Assembly: GCF_009834535.1 (NCBI RefSeq)
Contig: NC_045707.1
Coordinates: forward strand, 47,866,001-47,930,000
From: Camelus ferus
Taxonomy: Eukaryota
Length of the DNA: 64,000 bases
Reading direction: 5' to 3'
The translations under genes were made by a program, and so were the position numbers. Each line of letters opens with the position of its first letter. Position 1 is the stretch's first letter. A model generated the notes under the pieces. That model did no database searches, had not been told where the DNA came from, and saw only the letters and a program-made list of their open reading frames with translations. Below are positions 37,666 through 50,544 of the stretch, in pieces.

Positions 37666-38259
37666 GAAAAAGGGAAATTTTAATATTAAATTGTTAAATT
37701 GATAAATGTTAATCTGTTGAATATTAAACTACAAATAGGACTGTTTTCCAGTTAAAGTAAATGTGAATAAAGATCAGAGTTCTACCTGTCATAATATTTA
37801 AAGTATAGGATATTTATTAAGCAACTTTAAGTTAATATGGCATTTCTGGAGGCACTGATAATAAAATAAAGGGCCATCTATAACTTATGTAATCTTACTA
37901 GAGTCATAACCTTCTGCATTGACTGTAGATTGCTCTTTGAGGTAGAAATATTGGAGGAAGCTATAATTTCTTTATCTATTATTTCAGAGCAAGTGCTAAT
38001 AAATCTGGAGTGGCTTAACCTAGACCTTAATTACTATTGAATCATATGCCTTTTCTCCATTTAAGTGAGGGGAAAGAAGGATGCAAAAGAATAAAAAGGG
38101 AAAAATCATTTTGGGGTATCTACTAATTGCTGGCCATTCAATCTGTATTATACCATTTAATCAGGACTACAAACCTAGAAAGGAGAGAGACCCTATATGT
38201 TGCCCCACTCTAGCAGGCACCATTCACATAGAATACAATGAAGAGTGTGCCTGCTGCAG

Positions 38260-38790
38260 ATGTGTGAGCTGACACCCCTAAATTAGAGGACATAACTAGT
38301 TTTATTTTGTCTAGTGTTCCTTTCTTTGGAGAACCAGCCTCCATCCGATAGCAATCCTGCACCATTCCTATCTTTCGGTGGGCCTGTTTTCCTTGCCACA
38401 AGCCTCAGTTTGGCCATTTGACCTGAGCTTGTCCTATCTTATTCTCCATCTGTTAGTCACAGCTGATTCAAAGATGTTCCTAACTAAAGACAGACCAATG
38501 AGAGTATGTCTTGAGACATTTTCTGTAGCTAAGGGGAAAGAGCTTTTCTTCCTCTTGGATCCTGATTTGTGAAGAACATGTGATCCTTTAAGCTTCTGGT
38601 GGCCATCTCACTCCTCCGTAGCAACAGCCTCCCTGAAAATGGAGCTATAACATTATTTGAGAACACAGATTCAGTTATGTTGAAGACACTGGACTTTTTC
38701 AGTTACATGAGTCCATTAATATCTTTTTCTGAAAAAGCTAGTCTGATTTCTATTTCTGTCATTTGCTGTGAAAGAGTTTCAGCTAATGCA
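38260..38790 (+). mobile_element. MaLR LTR (MLT1K-like), inserted into a MIR
   Basis: ccaatgagagt...ttctggtggccatct...ctggactttttcagttacatgag...ttctgtcatttgc. MIR(-) pieces flank it at about 38095-38190 and 38790-38930. Confidence 0.65.
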
Positions 38791-39139
38791 GGTAGCTATT
38801 ACCATCTCCATGAGGCTGAGAAATTAAGGAATTTGGTGAAGCTGAGTCAGTAATTGATGGAAATAGGATTCTAATATAGGGCAATCTGGTACTCACATCC
38901 ATCTTCTTTTCATTACACTAGGTTGCCTCCCCAAGCTGATGAAAATAAATCACAATTTATGGAAACCATGTTGATTTATCATTAGGCTTTCTAAAATAGG
39001 ATATCATTTCTACAAACACAGTTTCCATGTCCCAGATTTTATGCTAGTTCTAACTGGTAAATTTATGAAGCAGAATTATTACTCTTTGTTATGAAAGTAT
39101 TTCTGTATTTACAGAGCTTTAGAGAATGTTTCAATGAGA

Positions 39140-40250
39140 ACTGTCAACAAATCCTTTTTGAACACCTACTATATACATGGCATTGGATTAGTCATTCACA
39201 GGGAAACAAAAGAATGAAACAAATGGAAATAACAGTCTAGAGCATAACATATTTTTAAGTCACTACATTCCTAGATGAAAAGTGGTAAGTGCCACAACAC
39301 CAACACAGATAAAATGCTATTGCAAAAAGTGGTGGGTCGATAGGGGAGGTGTTAATTGAGCTAGCCAATAAAGATCATATAAGATTAAATGTGAGGCAAT
39401 GTAAGCAGGGCATTTTAGGTCAGCGCTATTCAACAGAACTTTCTGCAATGATGAAAATGTTCTGTATCTTCCCTGTGTAACATGGTAGATACTGGCCACA
39501 TATTGAGTACATGAAATGTTAATTCAGCAATTGCATGGCTAACGTCTACCATATTGGCTGCTGCAGTTCTAGACAAACAAATGCATAGGGTTTTCATGAA
39601 ATATAAAGCAAGTTGTCTGCTTCAGCTGGAATTGAGTTCAGAAGGCAGTGAAGTGAGAAATGCTATTTGGTAAAGTTGATAGGTTCCAGGTCATGAAAGA
39701 TTTTGATTTGGGGCTTTGCTTTTGGTTAATAGGGAGCTAATGATGGCTCCTGAGCTAAGAAGTGGTATGATCAACGCTTTGTTCCAGGAAGATTAAACCA
39801 GCAGCTGTGAATATGTAGAACTAGAAAGAATACAGCATGGAAGTAGAGATGCCACATATGAAACCACAGTGAGAATTCAGACAAGTTAATGAAAACCTGA
39901 AGTTAATGAAAGACAGTGACAAAGGAAATACAGTTAAAAAAAAAAAAAAAAGACACACGCACAATACATGACAAAAGTAGAAGCAAGATAACTAAGAACT
40001 GGTTGGAACAGCTGGAAAGTGAGGAAGAGGAATGCATTTTGGAGAACAAAGAATGGAAGAAAAATTGTAAGAGAAATAGATGTGGTGGCACAGCCATATG
40101 ATTTGTAGAGATGTTCTGAGTTTTGTTTTTGATCTTTTGGGTTTAAGGTGCTAGTGTTCGAAATATAATTAGAATTAAAGAGGAATGTTAGAATTAAAGA
40201 GAATGTTTTAAAATGCTGTCGAAATTTGAATTGGGAATTATCTGCTTATA
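39140..40250 (-). mobile_element. L2 LINE fragment interrupted by MER3
   Basis: tcaacaaatcctttttgaacacctactat... followed by degenerate L2 body. Confidence 0.6.
39417..39572. mobile_element. MER3-like hAT-Charlie MITE
   Basis: cagcgctattcaacagaactttctgcaatgatgaaaatgttctgtatct...ctaccatattggctgctgcag. Confidence 0.8.
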
Positions 40251-40251
40251 G

Positions 40252-40494
40252 ATCAGAGATCAGAAAACTATAGCTTTATATACCATTTATATACCAAAAT
40301 GAGCCATATAGTTTATCTGGCCTTCCACCTGTTTTTTTAAGTACAGTTTTATTGGAATATAGCTAGTCTCATTTGCTTACATATTATCTATAGCTGCTTT
40401 CAGTATAATTGTTGAGTAGTTTCAACAAACTTATGCCCACAAAGCCAAAATTATTTACTATCTAGCCCTTTACAGAACATATTTGCTGACCCTC
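40252..40494. mobile_element. MER58A hAT-Charlie MITE
   Basis: gttttattggaatatagc...gcccacaaagccaaaattatttactatctagccctttacagaacatatttgctgaccc. Confidence 0.8.
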
Positions 40495-41194
40495 ATATAA
40501 ATGATAGAAATCACCAGAATGCATGAGATTCTAATAATTTTACTGTAGGAAATTCCATTATTCATTAGAATTCAAAAAAATGCTTTATTCACTATTACTA
40601 TTATATTGACACAACTGTAATATACTACCATTCAGATTGAAAATACAGAGGTCTTCCATGATCCTAAAATATCTCTTGGATCACCAAGAAAATTTTAAAT
40701 TATTCTCTGTATAAAAACACTGTTAAATGTGTTGTAGTTTTGTCTAGATATTTGGAAACTGATACTCCTTTCATGGCTTATATTTGATTATCTATTAGCC
40801 TTAGGACACTTCATTCTCTGTCTATGCCAAACAATATATATTTTAAGCCACATTAAGTTCTTACTTTATTAAAGTTTTGTCAATTTATGAAAACTAAATA
40901 GGATCTGAAGTGTAAGTTTAGGTTCAAACTTGTGTGGTCAAAGGAATATGGGCAGCTCTTTGTATCTTACAGGGAGAATATATTTAAGTATTTAAGTGTA
41001 ACAAAAAATGTGTAAAAGGAAAGAAGGAAGGGAGAGAAGAAAGAAAGGAAAAGGAAGGGAATGAAGAGAAATACAGGAAGAAACAAAGACAAGACAGGTT
41101 AATCTACTGTAAAGTTGACCAGTTAACTGTTACACACAGAGTACATCTGGGTAGGTTTCAGTGCTTCACAGATTCAGAGAGATAACAACTACCT

Positions 41195-41757
41195 CCAGAA
41201 TGTGAGAAAAAATATATATAAGGAACAAAAACAAACAAAAAGGAAATCATAGGGCACTGAAATAGTACAGAAATCAGAGAAAAACTTCAAAATGTTATAA
41301 TTAATGTCCCCAGAGAGATAGAATCTTTAATAAAATGAAACAGTCAGAATAGGAGTTGAATAATGGAAATTTAAAATATGCAAGCTGAATTAAAATATCT
41401 AATTAAAAGTTTGGAGAATAATATTGGGAAAAGTCTCCCAGGAAGAAAAGAAATAATACAAGAATATGAAAACAATAAGAGATAAAAGAAAAGAAAATCT
41501 AAGGGTCAATCCAAGAGATGTATCCTTGGGTTCATGACTAATATGAATTCTAGAAAGACAGAACAGAGAAAACAGGGGGAAGGAATTTATCAAAGAAATA
41601 ATATAAGAAAATGAAGGTCATGAGTTTCCAGACAGAAGAACAACCCCCCCCCCAAAAAAGACACACACGAAGGTATAGTATCATGACAATCCAGAACACC
41701 AGGGCCGAAGATAAGATCCTAAAAGCTTCCAGAGAGAATAAACAGGTCACATGTAAA
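41195..41757 (+). mobile_element. HAL1 (half-L1) ORF1-like part
   Basis: aattctagaaagacagaacagagaaaacaggggg...gataagatcctaaaagcttccagagagaataaacaggtcacatgtaaa. It ends abruptly at a hAT TIR. Confidence 0.7.
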
Positions 41758-42051
41758 TTGGGTGACCACATATCCTAGTTCGCCTGAAATAGCCCATTTA
41801 CACTTGCTGTCCATCACATTTGCTTTACAATTTCTCTAGAATTTGTCTTTCCTTAACAAATTGTTATCATAAGTTGAGACACTGTAATAATCTGTAGTGG
41901 TTTTATAGGTCTCCACTTTATATTTCCAGTTTCTGCTAAAAGTTTCATCAACAGCGTATGAGATGCATGTGTAATGAATAGGATACTCACTTTAACCCAT
42001 TGTTAAACCCAAATGATGATCAGCAATTATCCATCTTTCTCTACCTCACTC

Positions 42052-42720
42052 TTTTTTTCCCCTTCAGCTGTATTGAGATATAATTGCCATATAACACTGT
42101 GTAGGATTAAGGTGTATAATGTGATGACTTAATAATACACATATATATTGAGAATGATTACCACCATAAGGTTAGTTAACACATCATCTATCAACTCACA
42201 TTCCTACTTTTTTTTTTGTAGTAAGAACATTTAAGATCTATTCTCCCAGCAATTTCAAGAATATAAAACAGTATTGTTAACTATAGTCACCATGCTGTAG
42301 ATTAGCTCCCCTGCACTTACTCATCTTAATGCTACGTTTATAACCTTTGAGCAAAATCTCTCCATTTCCCCCATCCCCAGTCCCTGGCAGTCACCTTCTA
42401 CTCTGTTTCTATGAGTTCAGCTTTTTTTCTTTTTAATTCTACCTATAAATGAGACCATACAGTATTTGTCTTTTTTTCCTGACTTATTTCACTAGCAGAA
42501 TACCCTCAAGGTCCATGCATGTTGTCACAAATAACAGGATTTTCTTCTTTTTATGGCTAAATAATATTCCATATATATCACATTTTCTTTATTTATTCAT
42601 CTGTCAGTGGACACTTAGGTTATTTCCATGTCTTTATAGTGAATAATGTTGCAAAGAACATTGGGGTGGAAATAACTCTTTGAGAGAGTAATTTTATTTC
42701 CTTTGGATATTTACTCAGAC
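42052..42720 (-). mobile_element. L1 3' end (L1MA9-like) nested in Blackjack
   Basis: tattgagatataattgccatataacactgtg...gtggacacttaggttatttccatgtc. Degenerate TSD tacctcactctttt / ttccacaccctttt. Confidence 0.88.
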
Positions 42721-43244
42721 GTTCCACACCCTTTTGTGTTGCAGGGTAACTAATCTCTCCCTTTAGAGGACAGAATTTCTTGCTGATAAAACAAAAAGCA
42801 CTCTGACACTAATCTCTTTTGGTCAGAGGAACTATTTGACACTACTACTCTGCCAGTCACTTGCTGCGCCACCTACTTGTCTCTGGAAGACACATGAAGT
42901 TATCAGGATCCCAGTCAGTAGGGAAGTGGCAATGTGGGAAATATAGGTTGAATGCAGGCAAAATATCTGTGGGAAACAGAGGCTGACCTTTTGCAAAGAG
43001 CACATAGAGAGGAGTCAATACATTTGCTAGAGTGGTTTTGTCATTTAGTTTATGGCATGACTCTAAAACTATCTTATTGTTTGATAATGCTTTTTTATTT
43101 TGCAGTAATGTTCTTTCAGCCCTAGTCAATTAAAAGAAATGAAAGTTTATGCTTAATTAAAAATTATGTACTTAATTTCCATTTTTCAAATAAGTTGAGA
43201 GGATGAATGTGTAACTTGCATAAAATGTTTTTTGATGCTTCCCA

Positions 43245-43675
43245 TCTGGATTAGCAATTGTCACCATGCTGTTGTGTACAAATCATTCCAAAACTTAGTT
43301 GCTTCAACAACATTTACATTCATGCTCAAAGGTCTGCATTGACTAAGATTTGGCTGATGTAGGCAAGACTCAGCAGGATAATTCTGCTTCAGACTTCAGT
43401 TTGGCTGACTTTGATTCTAGTCTGCAGGTTTGATTCAGATGTGTTCCAAGTGTGTTAGTCTGAGGCCAAGTCTGATAGGATGGCAGTTACCAAGGTCATA
43501 CTCTTTTCATGGATTACCAGAGCACAAAAACAAGTAAGAGCACATAAAAACATTTAAAGACTTGACTCATGTCAAGTTTGCCAACATTCCATTGGCTAAA
43601 GCATGTCACATATATTAATCCACCCCATTAATCAATGAGGAGACAGAAAGTGAACAGTTGCTGAACAGTAATCCA
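43245..43675 (-). mobile_element. MaLR LTR (MLT1H-like) nested in Blackjack
   Basis: caaatcattccaaaacttagttgcttcaac...ccaacattccattggctaaagcatgtcaca. Confidence 0.75.
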
Positions 43676-45275
43676 AGCTCACCTTCTTCATCATGGGTGC
43701 CACAGTAGTATCGTTGATCACATTCAGCCGAAAGACACAAACCTGATGAATAAGCATCAGCATCTATTTAAAAGTTACTAATTAAACAAACTGTTTGAGA
43801 TGACAACTTAACATGCACGACTAAAGAAAGTGCACTTACTTATACACTCTATAATGCATTTATTTTTACTTATATTAAATGACTATTCTACTAAGTTAAT
43901 TTTGTGCATTTATAATTTCAAGTGTTTTTGTACACATCAAAAACATCAAGCAATGGCTTGTTATATATCAGCCTCATTAGCAGAATATGAACTCCCTAGA
44001 GTTAAATTATGCCAAATTTATATCAACACCATTGGATGTTTAAAAAGAATCAGTTAATTACAATAATGATTTAGTGTTTTAAATTTAATTCATGGAATCA
44101 AAATAAAGTTTTTGGTATTTTATTTTATTAAAGGTGAAATGCCAGATATTATTAAGAATACCTTATAAATCCAGAAGGTAAAATGTTTGCTTTTGCAATA
44201 ATAATGTGATATAAAATTTGGTGAATCAAATTGTGAAACTCATGGAGCAGAAACACACTTGGAATTGGGTATGGAGCATACATAATCCAAGATTGCTTTT
44301 AAATAGGTGTAGTGAAATCAAAGCTATAGCTACTTGTTAAAACTTGTAAATAAATATATATAGTTAAAGTTAACCATAACAAGTTTGTCTGTTCTTGTAT
44401 GAAGCTGATGTTCAAAAAAAAAAAAAAGAAAAGGTAAAAAAGAAATAAATAGAAAAGTACATTATGGAAGCATAAGTTTCTCTCTTTGCTACCCATCTTT
44501 TATTAGATTTTACAAATATTTAAGCCTTTGAAGAACTACTTTTTGTACCATTATAAATATCCTACCATGGTGTTAAACCTTTGTTTTGAAAATGAGAACT
44601 CTAAATTTTTTTCAGAAATGGTTAGAAAACTTTTATAAAAATCTAAAAAGTAATGGAGCTTCAAATTGGCTTTTGGAGCCTCTAGTAATTACAATTCTTA
44701 AAAACAAACTTTGCAGATGAAAAGACATTATAATTTGTTCCTACAAAAGCAAGAAGGAATTGAACAAATTAAATGATGGTAGCTCACATGGTGAACAGAA
44801 TTCAATTTTGAAATTCTGTAATTGTGCTTTGAAATAACTTATGATAAAAACCTTTTTATGGACTCCTTTAAAATGGAATGGAATAAAATTAAGAAGACCT
44901 ATGATGTTATAGCATCTAAATTTGGCAAAACATAAAAATAATTGTAAAAACAGAGAAAGCCTACTTGATATGTTTTGCTTCCTAAGAATATTTGAAAAAG
45001 GAAGCACTTTGAATGAAAGGTATAAGACAGTATGTTTAAAATAGAATAAAATATTTATACAATTCCGTTAACTCCCATAAGACTGTCCTTCATTGAGCAG
45101 AATTTACTCTGCAATTACAAAATACCTCAGCACTTTACAGAAAGTATTTTCTCAGTAAAGTATTTATGATTAACAGAGAAATATCAGTTAAAGTTGTCAA
45201 AATGTCAAATTTATTAACCCCTCAAATAAAGAAGACTGTAGGCAATTTTGTGGAAAAAATTAAAATAATAATACC

Positions 45276-45830
45276 AGGAAACAACCTAAATGTCCATCAA
45301 CAGATGACTGGATAAATAAAGAAGATGTGTAATATGTATACAATGGAACATCACTTATAAAAAAGAATGAAATAATGCCATTTGCAGCAACATGGATGGA
45401 CCTGGAGATTATCATATTAAGTGAAGTAAGTCACACAGAGAAAGACAAATATCGTATGGTATCACTTATAAGTGGAATCTAAAAAAAAAAAAAATGAATT
45501 TATTCACAAAACAGGAAGACTCATAGACATAGAAAACAAACTTATGGTTACTAAAGGGGAAAACAGGGAAGTGGGGAAGGATAAATTAGGAGTTTGGGAT
45601 TAGTATATACACACTACCATATATAAAATAGATAACTGTATAGCATAAGGGACTATATTCAATATCTTATAATAACCTACAATGGAAAACAATCTGAAAA
45701 AGAACATATATCTGTATAATTGAATCACTATGCTGTACACCAGAAATGAACAAATATTGTAAATCAACTGTACTTCACTAAAAAATTAAATAAATAAAAT
45801 TAAAAACTAAAAAATAAAGAACACTAAGAA
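45276..45830 (+). mobile_element. Cetartiodactyl-type L1 3' end nested in Blackjack
   Basis: ggaaacaacctaaatgtccatcaacagatgactgga...gccatttgcagcaacatggatggacctggag...caactgtacttca, followed by an A-rich tail. Confidence 0.92.
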
Positions 45831-46499
45831 GATCTAAAATAGTAATAAATAAGAATAAGAAGACGACCATTAAAAAATACATTCTTCAGAAATTTTCCAT
45901 TGGCTTAATATTAGATCTAGGTATAGCTTTAAATGATTAAATTACAGAAATAGGTACCAAGAATGATTGTTCTCCTTACACTATTTTTAATGTGCATATA
46001 ATCATATAAGTTTTTTAACCTTACTATATACATTAATAGATATTATTTTGAAGTTTTAGACAAAACTTTTAAAATATTTTTTGAATAGAATTATTTTGTA
46101 GGCCAACCAATATATAATAATAGTGTAGACCTGGAGTGCTGGCGTAGCCCCAGTGCCCACCACTATCACCAAACACAAGCTCAACAGCTGTGACCTCCAA
46201 GCCCTGCTTCGTCTGACCTGGAGGAGTCCAGACAATGTGTGTACTGCTGAGACCTTGAACTCAGTCTGCACCTCAGAGAGAAACAAAGAGAGGCACAGAG
46301 GACCAGTTGTTCATGTAATTGTAGCTTGATTCTTAGTTATATATCTTGAATTGCTTATTTGCTGCTTTGACAGTAATTTCAAATAAAAACAAGTAGCCAA
46401 GTAAAAAAGTCATCATTCTCTTCAGTTTTTCAACCTGGATCAGCCCTTGTGGCCTATCCTAACTCAACTGATTTAACTAGAAATTTGGATAGAATCATA

Positions 46500-46790
46500 T
46501 AAGGTCTGTGGGGAAAGGGGTTGAGATAAGAGAGAATTCTCATTTACCTAGAGGTGGTCATTATTCAATAGGCAATGTCTAAAAGTTTTTAAAATATTTA
46601 AGAAGTAGCATTATAAACATATTGTGTAAAATATGGAAGTAAATAGAAGAAACTGCTAAAATGATTGAAAGTAGGAATGGATTTGGGATTAAGAGGGAGA
46701 AAAGCTGGTAGCAAAAGTTTTGTTGTCATATCATAACGCAAGTTTCAAAATTTTGAACATGTATTGTTTTGATTTTTCTAAAGCAAATAA
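46500..46790 (+). mobile_element. HAL1 3' end
   Basis: caataggcaatgtctaaaa...agcattataaacatattg...atatggaagtaaatagaagaaactgctaaaatgattgaaagt. Confidence 0.7.
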
Positions 46791-47528
46791 GTTTTTTTTT
46801 TTAATGAAGTGCCTGATATACATGGTAAGAAATCAAGTTTTTCCTTTCTCTGTCATTCCCAGTTTTCACCAACCTCTACTTATGCATCTGATTCCTCCTG
46901 TTTTCTGGCAATTTCTGCATAAGAAATTACTAATTCACTGTGATCTTGAGGCCATGCAGACTGACTTGGATAGTCTTGGAATTGCTAAATCATTATGAAA
47001 GGTTTTCTATTAGGCAAATTACAATCCCTTTACTTTTCAAATTTTCATTAACTCAAAGCATTTGTACAAATATACAGTTGATTAGAATCTGGAAAAGAAA
47101 TGAGCTTTTTTATGTTCTTCTATGGCATGCCCAATATGACACACTACAATAAATTAATTTGAAAGATTACCTACTACCCACAGACATTCTTCTCATCATG
47201 TTAAAAGAAAACAGAGACCACCCATTTCCAGGTTCCCATGCTGGAGATGAGACTTACAGGTGCATTATTACAAATCAAGATCACTGGTGGGTAGAAATTC
47301 TGGGATTCAGTAAAGGAAGTTGCACCCAAGCTTGTTAATGAAACATTTTTTACTAATCACTGACTTCTCCTTCCTCTAGTTTCTGGATAAACAAGTTAAG
47401 GATGCTGAGTGTTGTGGGCTGGTCCCCGGTTTCCTTGCAATACACTGTCTGGACTCTACTACTGAAATGCACGTCACTGTCTGTGCATTAGTCTGAGGCC
47501 TGCAGGCGCTGCTGTGACTTGCTCATAC

Positions 47529-47670
47529 CTGGTGTTCAAATCCTCTAGCTGTTGTGTCGGCACTTTAAGGTCAACTCTGTGATCATAACTGGCCAGGCTC
47601 ACTCTTTATAATTGGCAATGGATTCTCTTTTAATGTGTTCAGAACTCAGATCAGCCTCAGCCGCAAACAG
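47529..47670 (-). promoter_or_regulatory. Candidate TATA-box Pol II promoter with a 52-nt non-coding first exon
   Basis: On the minus strand, TATAAAG lies at 47610-47604. An Inr-like TC-A-CAG has its A at 47580, exactly 30 nt from the first T. The donor CAG|GTATGA is at 47529/47528, and a forkhead motif TGTTTGC is at 47669-47663. Confidence 0.45.
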
Positions 47671-47861
47671 ACTTGATCAGCAGTGAAACGTAGAATACTT
47701 CACATTGAAATTGCCAGCAGAGTAGATACAGGGTCATGCTAGGGTCTGGATAAAGTTTCACAGCAGGCTTAAAACGGTATCAAGTAAAAAATGTAAGTTA
47801 ATATTGAGGGCAATTATCCATTACCAGGCTGCTCCAGCCTCCTCTTTTAAGAGTAAGGAAG

Positions 47862-47995
47862 TAACTGATCATAATCATGGCTACATTCACCAAGGATTAT
47901 ATGGTGTCCAGACAGGCGTGGTTTTAAGTGCTTTTTCTGCCTTATCACATTTAGTCCTCATCTCATCCGTAGGTGGTATTTCCTTTTCATGCGAT
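47862..47995 (-). mobile_element. MIR SINE fragment
   Basis: ggctacattcaccaagg...ttttaagtgctttttc...cacatttagtcctc. Confidence 0.6.
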
Positions 47996-48759
47996 TAAAC
48001 AAAAGAATTCCTTAAACACTTAGCACAGTGCCTAACAATGCATAAAGAAGTGATAGCTTACTACCATCACTAATTGTCAGTAAAGACTCATCAATGTGTT
48101 GTGATTATAAGCTAAATCTTTCAGAATCCTAAGGCTCAAGGTAAACTTTTTCTGCTGCAGGGAGAATTCAAACGGTGGAATAGTAAACTCGGATGCAAGT
48201 TTACATTTCTATATTTTAGTAGCTAATAATCTGAATGAGTGAGGGCAAGACAAAAGAAATTTCTCAACAGCAATTCTAGCGACTGAAGTACATCCCATGT
48301 CCAGGTGTTAGTTACATATGACTTCTTGGGCCAATGCCTCCCCAGTCTAATACCAACATTTTTGCTCAGTGACCAGAGATTCAGTCCCAAAGCCTCAAAT
48401 GTCCAAGGAGGGAATGGGATGCCTGGGCAGACAGTGGGAATGCTTTGTTCTAACAGAGTGAAGCTTGATAGCAAAGATGCTATGGAGGAAATTCGGGCAC
48501 CAGTTAAATGCCCTTTAATGCCGTGTCTTACTCTGAGAATTTATGATATTAAGAACTCATGTCAATAGGTTTTTTTTTTAGGTATTAAAGTGAAGACTCT
48601 ATCACTGTATTGCTAAGTATACGTTTTGAAAGTAAAGTTTAGTGAAACCCTGTAATTAATTAAAACCTTTAACTTTGAAAAATATTTGCCTTAAAAATAG
48701 ACACTAAAAATTTAAACATTAGAGTCCTGAATGGCTACAGTTGAGGTGGGCAAGGGGAA

Positions 48760-49005
48760 ATGACAGAGGAATATGATTAAATCATGGCTTTGTCTATAGG
48801 CAGATAGGACTAGGATTAAAACATGACCCTGAGCCCAGCTAGCTGTGTAAACTTGGGAAAGAGGTAAAATCACCTCTTTATGTGTATGTTTTTACATCTG
48901 TAAAATATGATTCCTTAAAGAGTCTTTATGAGGATTGTATGAGATTACACATAAAGTACTCAGCACATATAAGATACTCAATAAATGACAGTTATAATGA
49001 CAATA
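48760..49005 (+). mobile_element. MIR SINE
   Basis: ctagctgtgtaaacttggg...catctgtaaaat...tgaggattgtatgaga...tactcaataaatg. Confidence 0.75.
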
Positions 49006-49829
49006 ATGATAAAGAGGATGAGGAGACCCAGGAAGCACCTTAGACTTCATAAATTCTGAACAACAGAGGGGTGGTTTTCAAGTCACTCATCATAAAAGAT
49101 TTTCTCCTCTTGTCAAAAATTTGGGCATATCCAACCCCTCCTATTTTCATAAACCAGCTGAGAAAAATGCAATCCTGTGCAGGAAAGAGTAGAAAGGTGG
49201 ATTAAGTGTTCCTCACAGGTAATACCACACAGGTGATGCACATTTGCATCCAGTGGGTCCCCAACAAACTGAAACACACAGGAGACATTCAATAAGTAGA
49301 GCCAAGCAGAACAGGAAGCACATTTACCATTAACAACATTCCCTGTAGGAAATAACCAGTGTTGCAGAGTTTCCCAAAGGACAGCGGGGATGTGGAACTC
49401 ACTGATGAAAATTCCATGGCATCTGGAAATTATCTGTAGTTAAAGTGCAAATCGCCAGATATAGGGGACAAACCATTCCAATGAGTCTGGATAATTCCAG
49501 GAAATACAAAATCCAGAGATGGACAGATAAGGAGTTCCAGATCACATTTAAGGCACAGAAATGACCAAATCCCCAGTGAGGAGGACCTGGATGTTAACAC
49601 CAGGCCTGCATTTATACTATTTGTTACATCATTAACTTACAGTGAATTGTTTCTCATTGTGTAGTATATTCAGTCATTCTCAATTATTCCTTTCATTAAA
49701 AAGCCTCTTCGGTTGCTGTTTAGGACACATAGGATAATGGAACCTGCAAATGACAATTCCAATATCAGTCTTAGGATGGAGAGTCCAAGCTCAGTAGATA
49801 CCACATTTTAGTAGTGTTGTTTTCATACA

Positions 49830-50060
49830 GCTTAATCCAGTCTGGGTGTGCTAAGCATTATACTGCACATTAATTTGTTTCTTTGATCACAACCTGCCTT
49901 TGTAAGTAGGTAGGGAAAGTATTATCAAACCCATTTTACAGATGACAGAATTGACATTTTAGTTAATTTCCCAAGTTTATAGTGTTTGTGTTAGAACTAA
50001 GAGTAAAACTCAGGCCAGTTCCAGTAAAACCAAATCCCAGGACCTCCCCTCTTTACCTTA
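49830..50060 (-). mobile_element. MIR SINE
   Basis: gtaggtaggg...attatcaaacccattttacagatgacagaattga. Confidence 0.7.
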
Positions 50061-50490
50061 TAGCCTTTTGAGAAGTACTGTTGTGAATAATATGACATTT
50101 TTATTTGCTTCTGGTTTCAGAGTGCTACATTTTAAAATCCAATTTGGATTTAAGTCTACTATGTGTTGAATATGTAATCTCTGAACTGTGGAAAACCTTG
50201 TGATGTTACAAAGGATCCAAGAGCTATGTAGTCTAAGAGGAAATCATTTTTAAAGGAAATGAATGTATTGAATGAGTCAGATCTCTAAAATATTCATTTT
50301 ACACAAGGAGATGTTTTAGTACTAGATTCCATGCTAATACACTACAGAAAATATTAATATCAATAACCCTTTAGGACGGAATTAAGACAGAAATTTAAAC
50401 CCAGCCTAGCTCTAAAATTTCTATGTTTAACATTTATTGAAGCAGCCATACTCAGTCACATTCTGAAGGTTGCAACTTGTTAAATTTGCG

Positions 50491-50544
50491 TGTGTGTGTG
50501 TGTGTATATATATACATACATATATATATACACACACACACACA
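50491..50544. repeat. Compound (TG)7(TA)5-cataca-(TA)5(CA)7 microsatellite forming a perfect inverted repeat
   Basis: Arms 50491-50514 and 50521-50544 are exact reverse complements. Confidence 0.92.

Larger units (their letters stand above)
41759..46125 (+). mobile_element. hAT-Blackjack autonomous-type DNA transposon fossil (transposase pseudogene), interrupted three times
   Basis: Left TIR gggtgaccacatatcctagttcgcc. Degenerate transposase motifs: WSRNTLGIGYGAYIIQDC (44243-44296, CxxH region), KFLSLLPIFY*ILQIFKPLKNYFL (from 44474, RW-motif region), and AEFTLQLQNTSA/TESIFS (from 45097, hATC). Right TIR not seen. Confidence 0.75.

Noticed and set aside
47529..47600. Minus-frame peptide YDHRVDLKVPTQQLEDLNTR, resembling dystrophin LEDLNTRW
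   Set aside because: The similarity is limited to 7 residues. There is an in-frame stop just upstream and no usable acceptor, and the flanking residues do not resemble dystrophin or utrophin.
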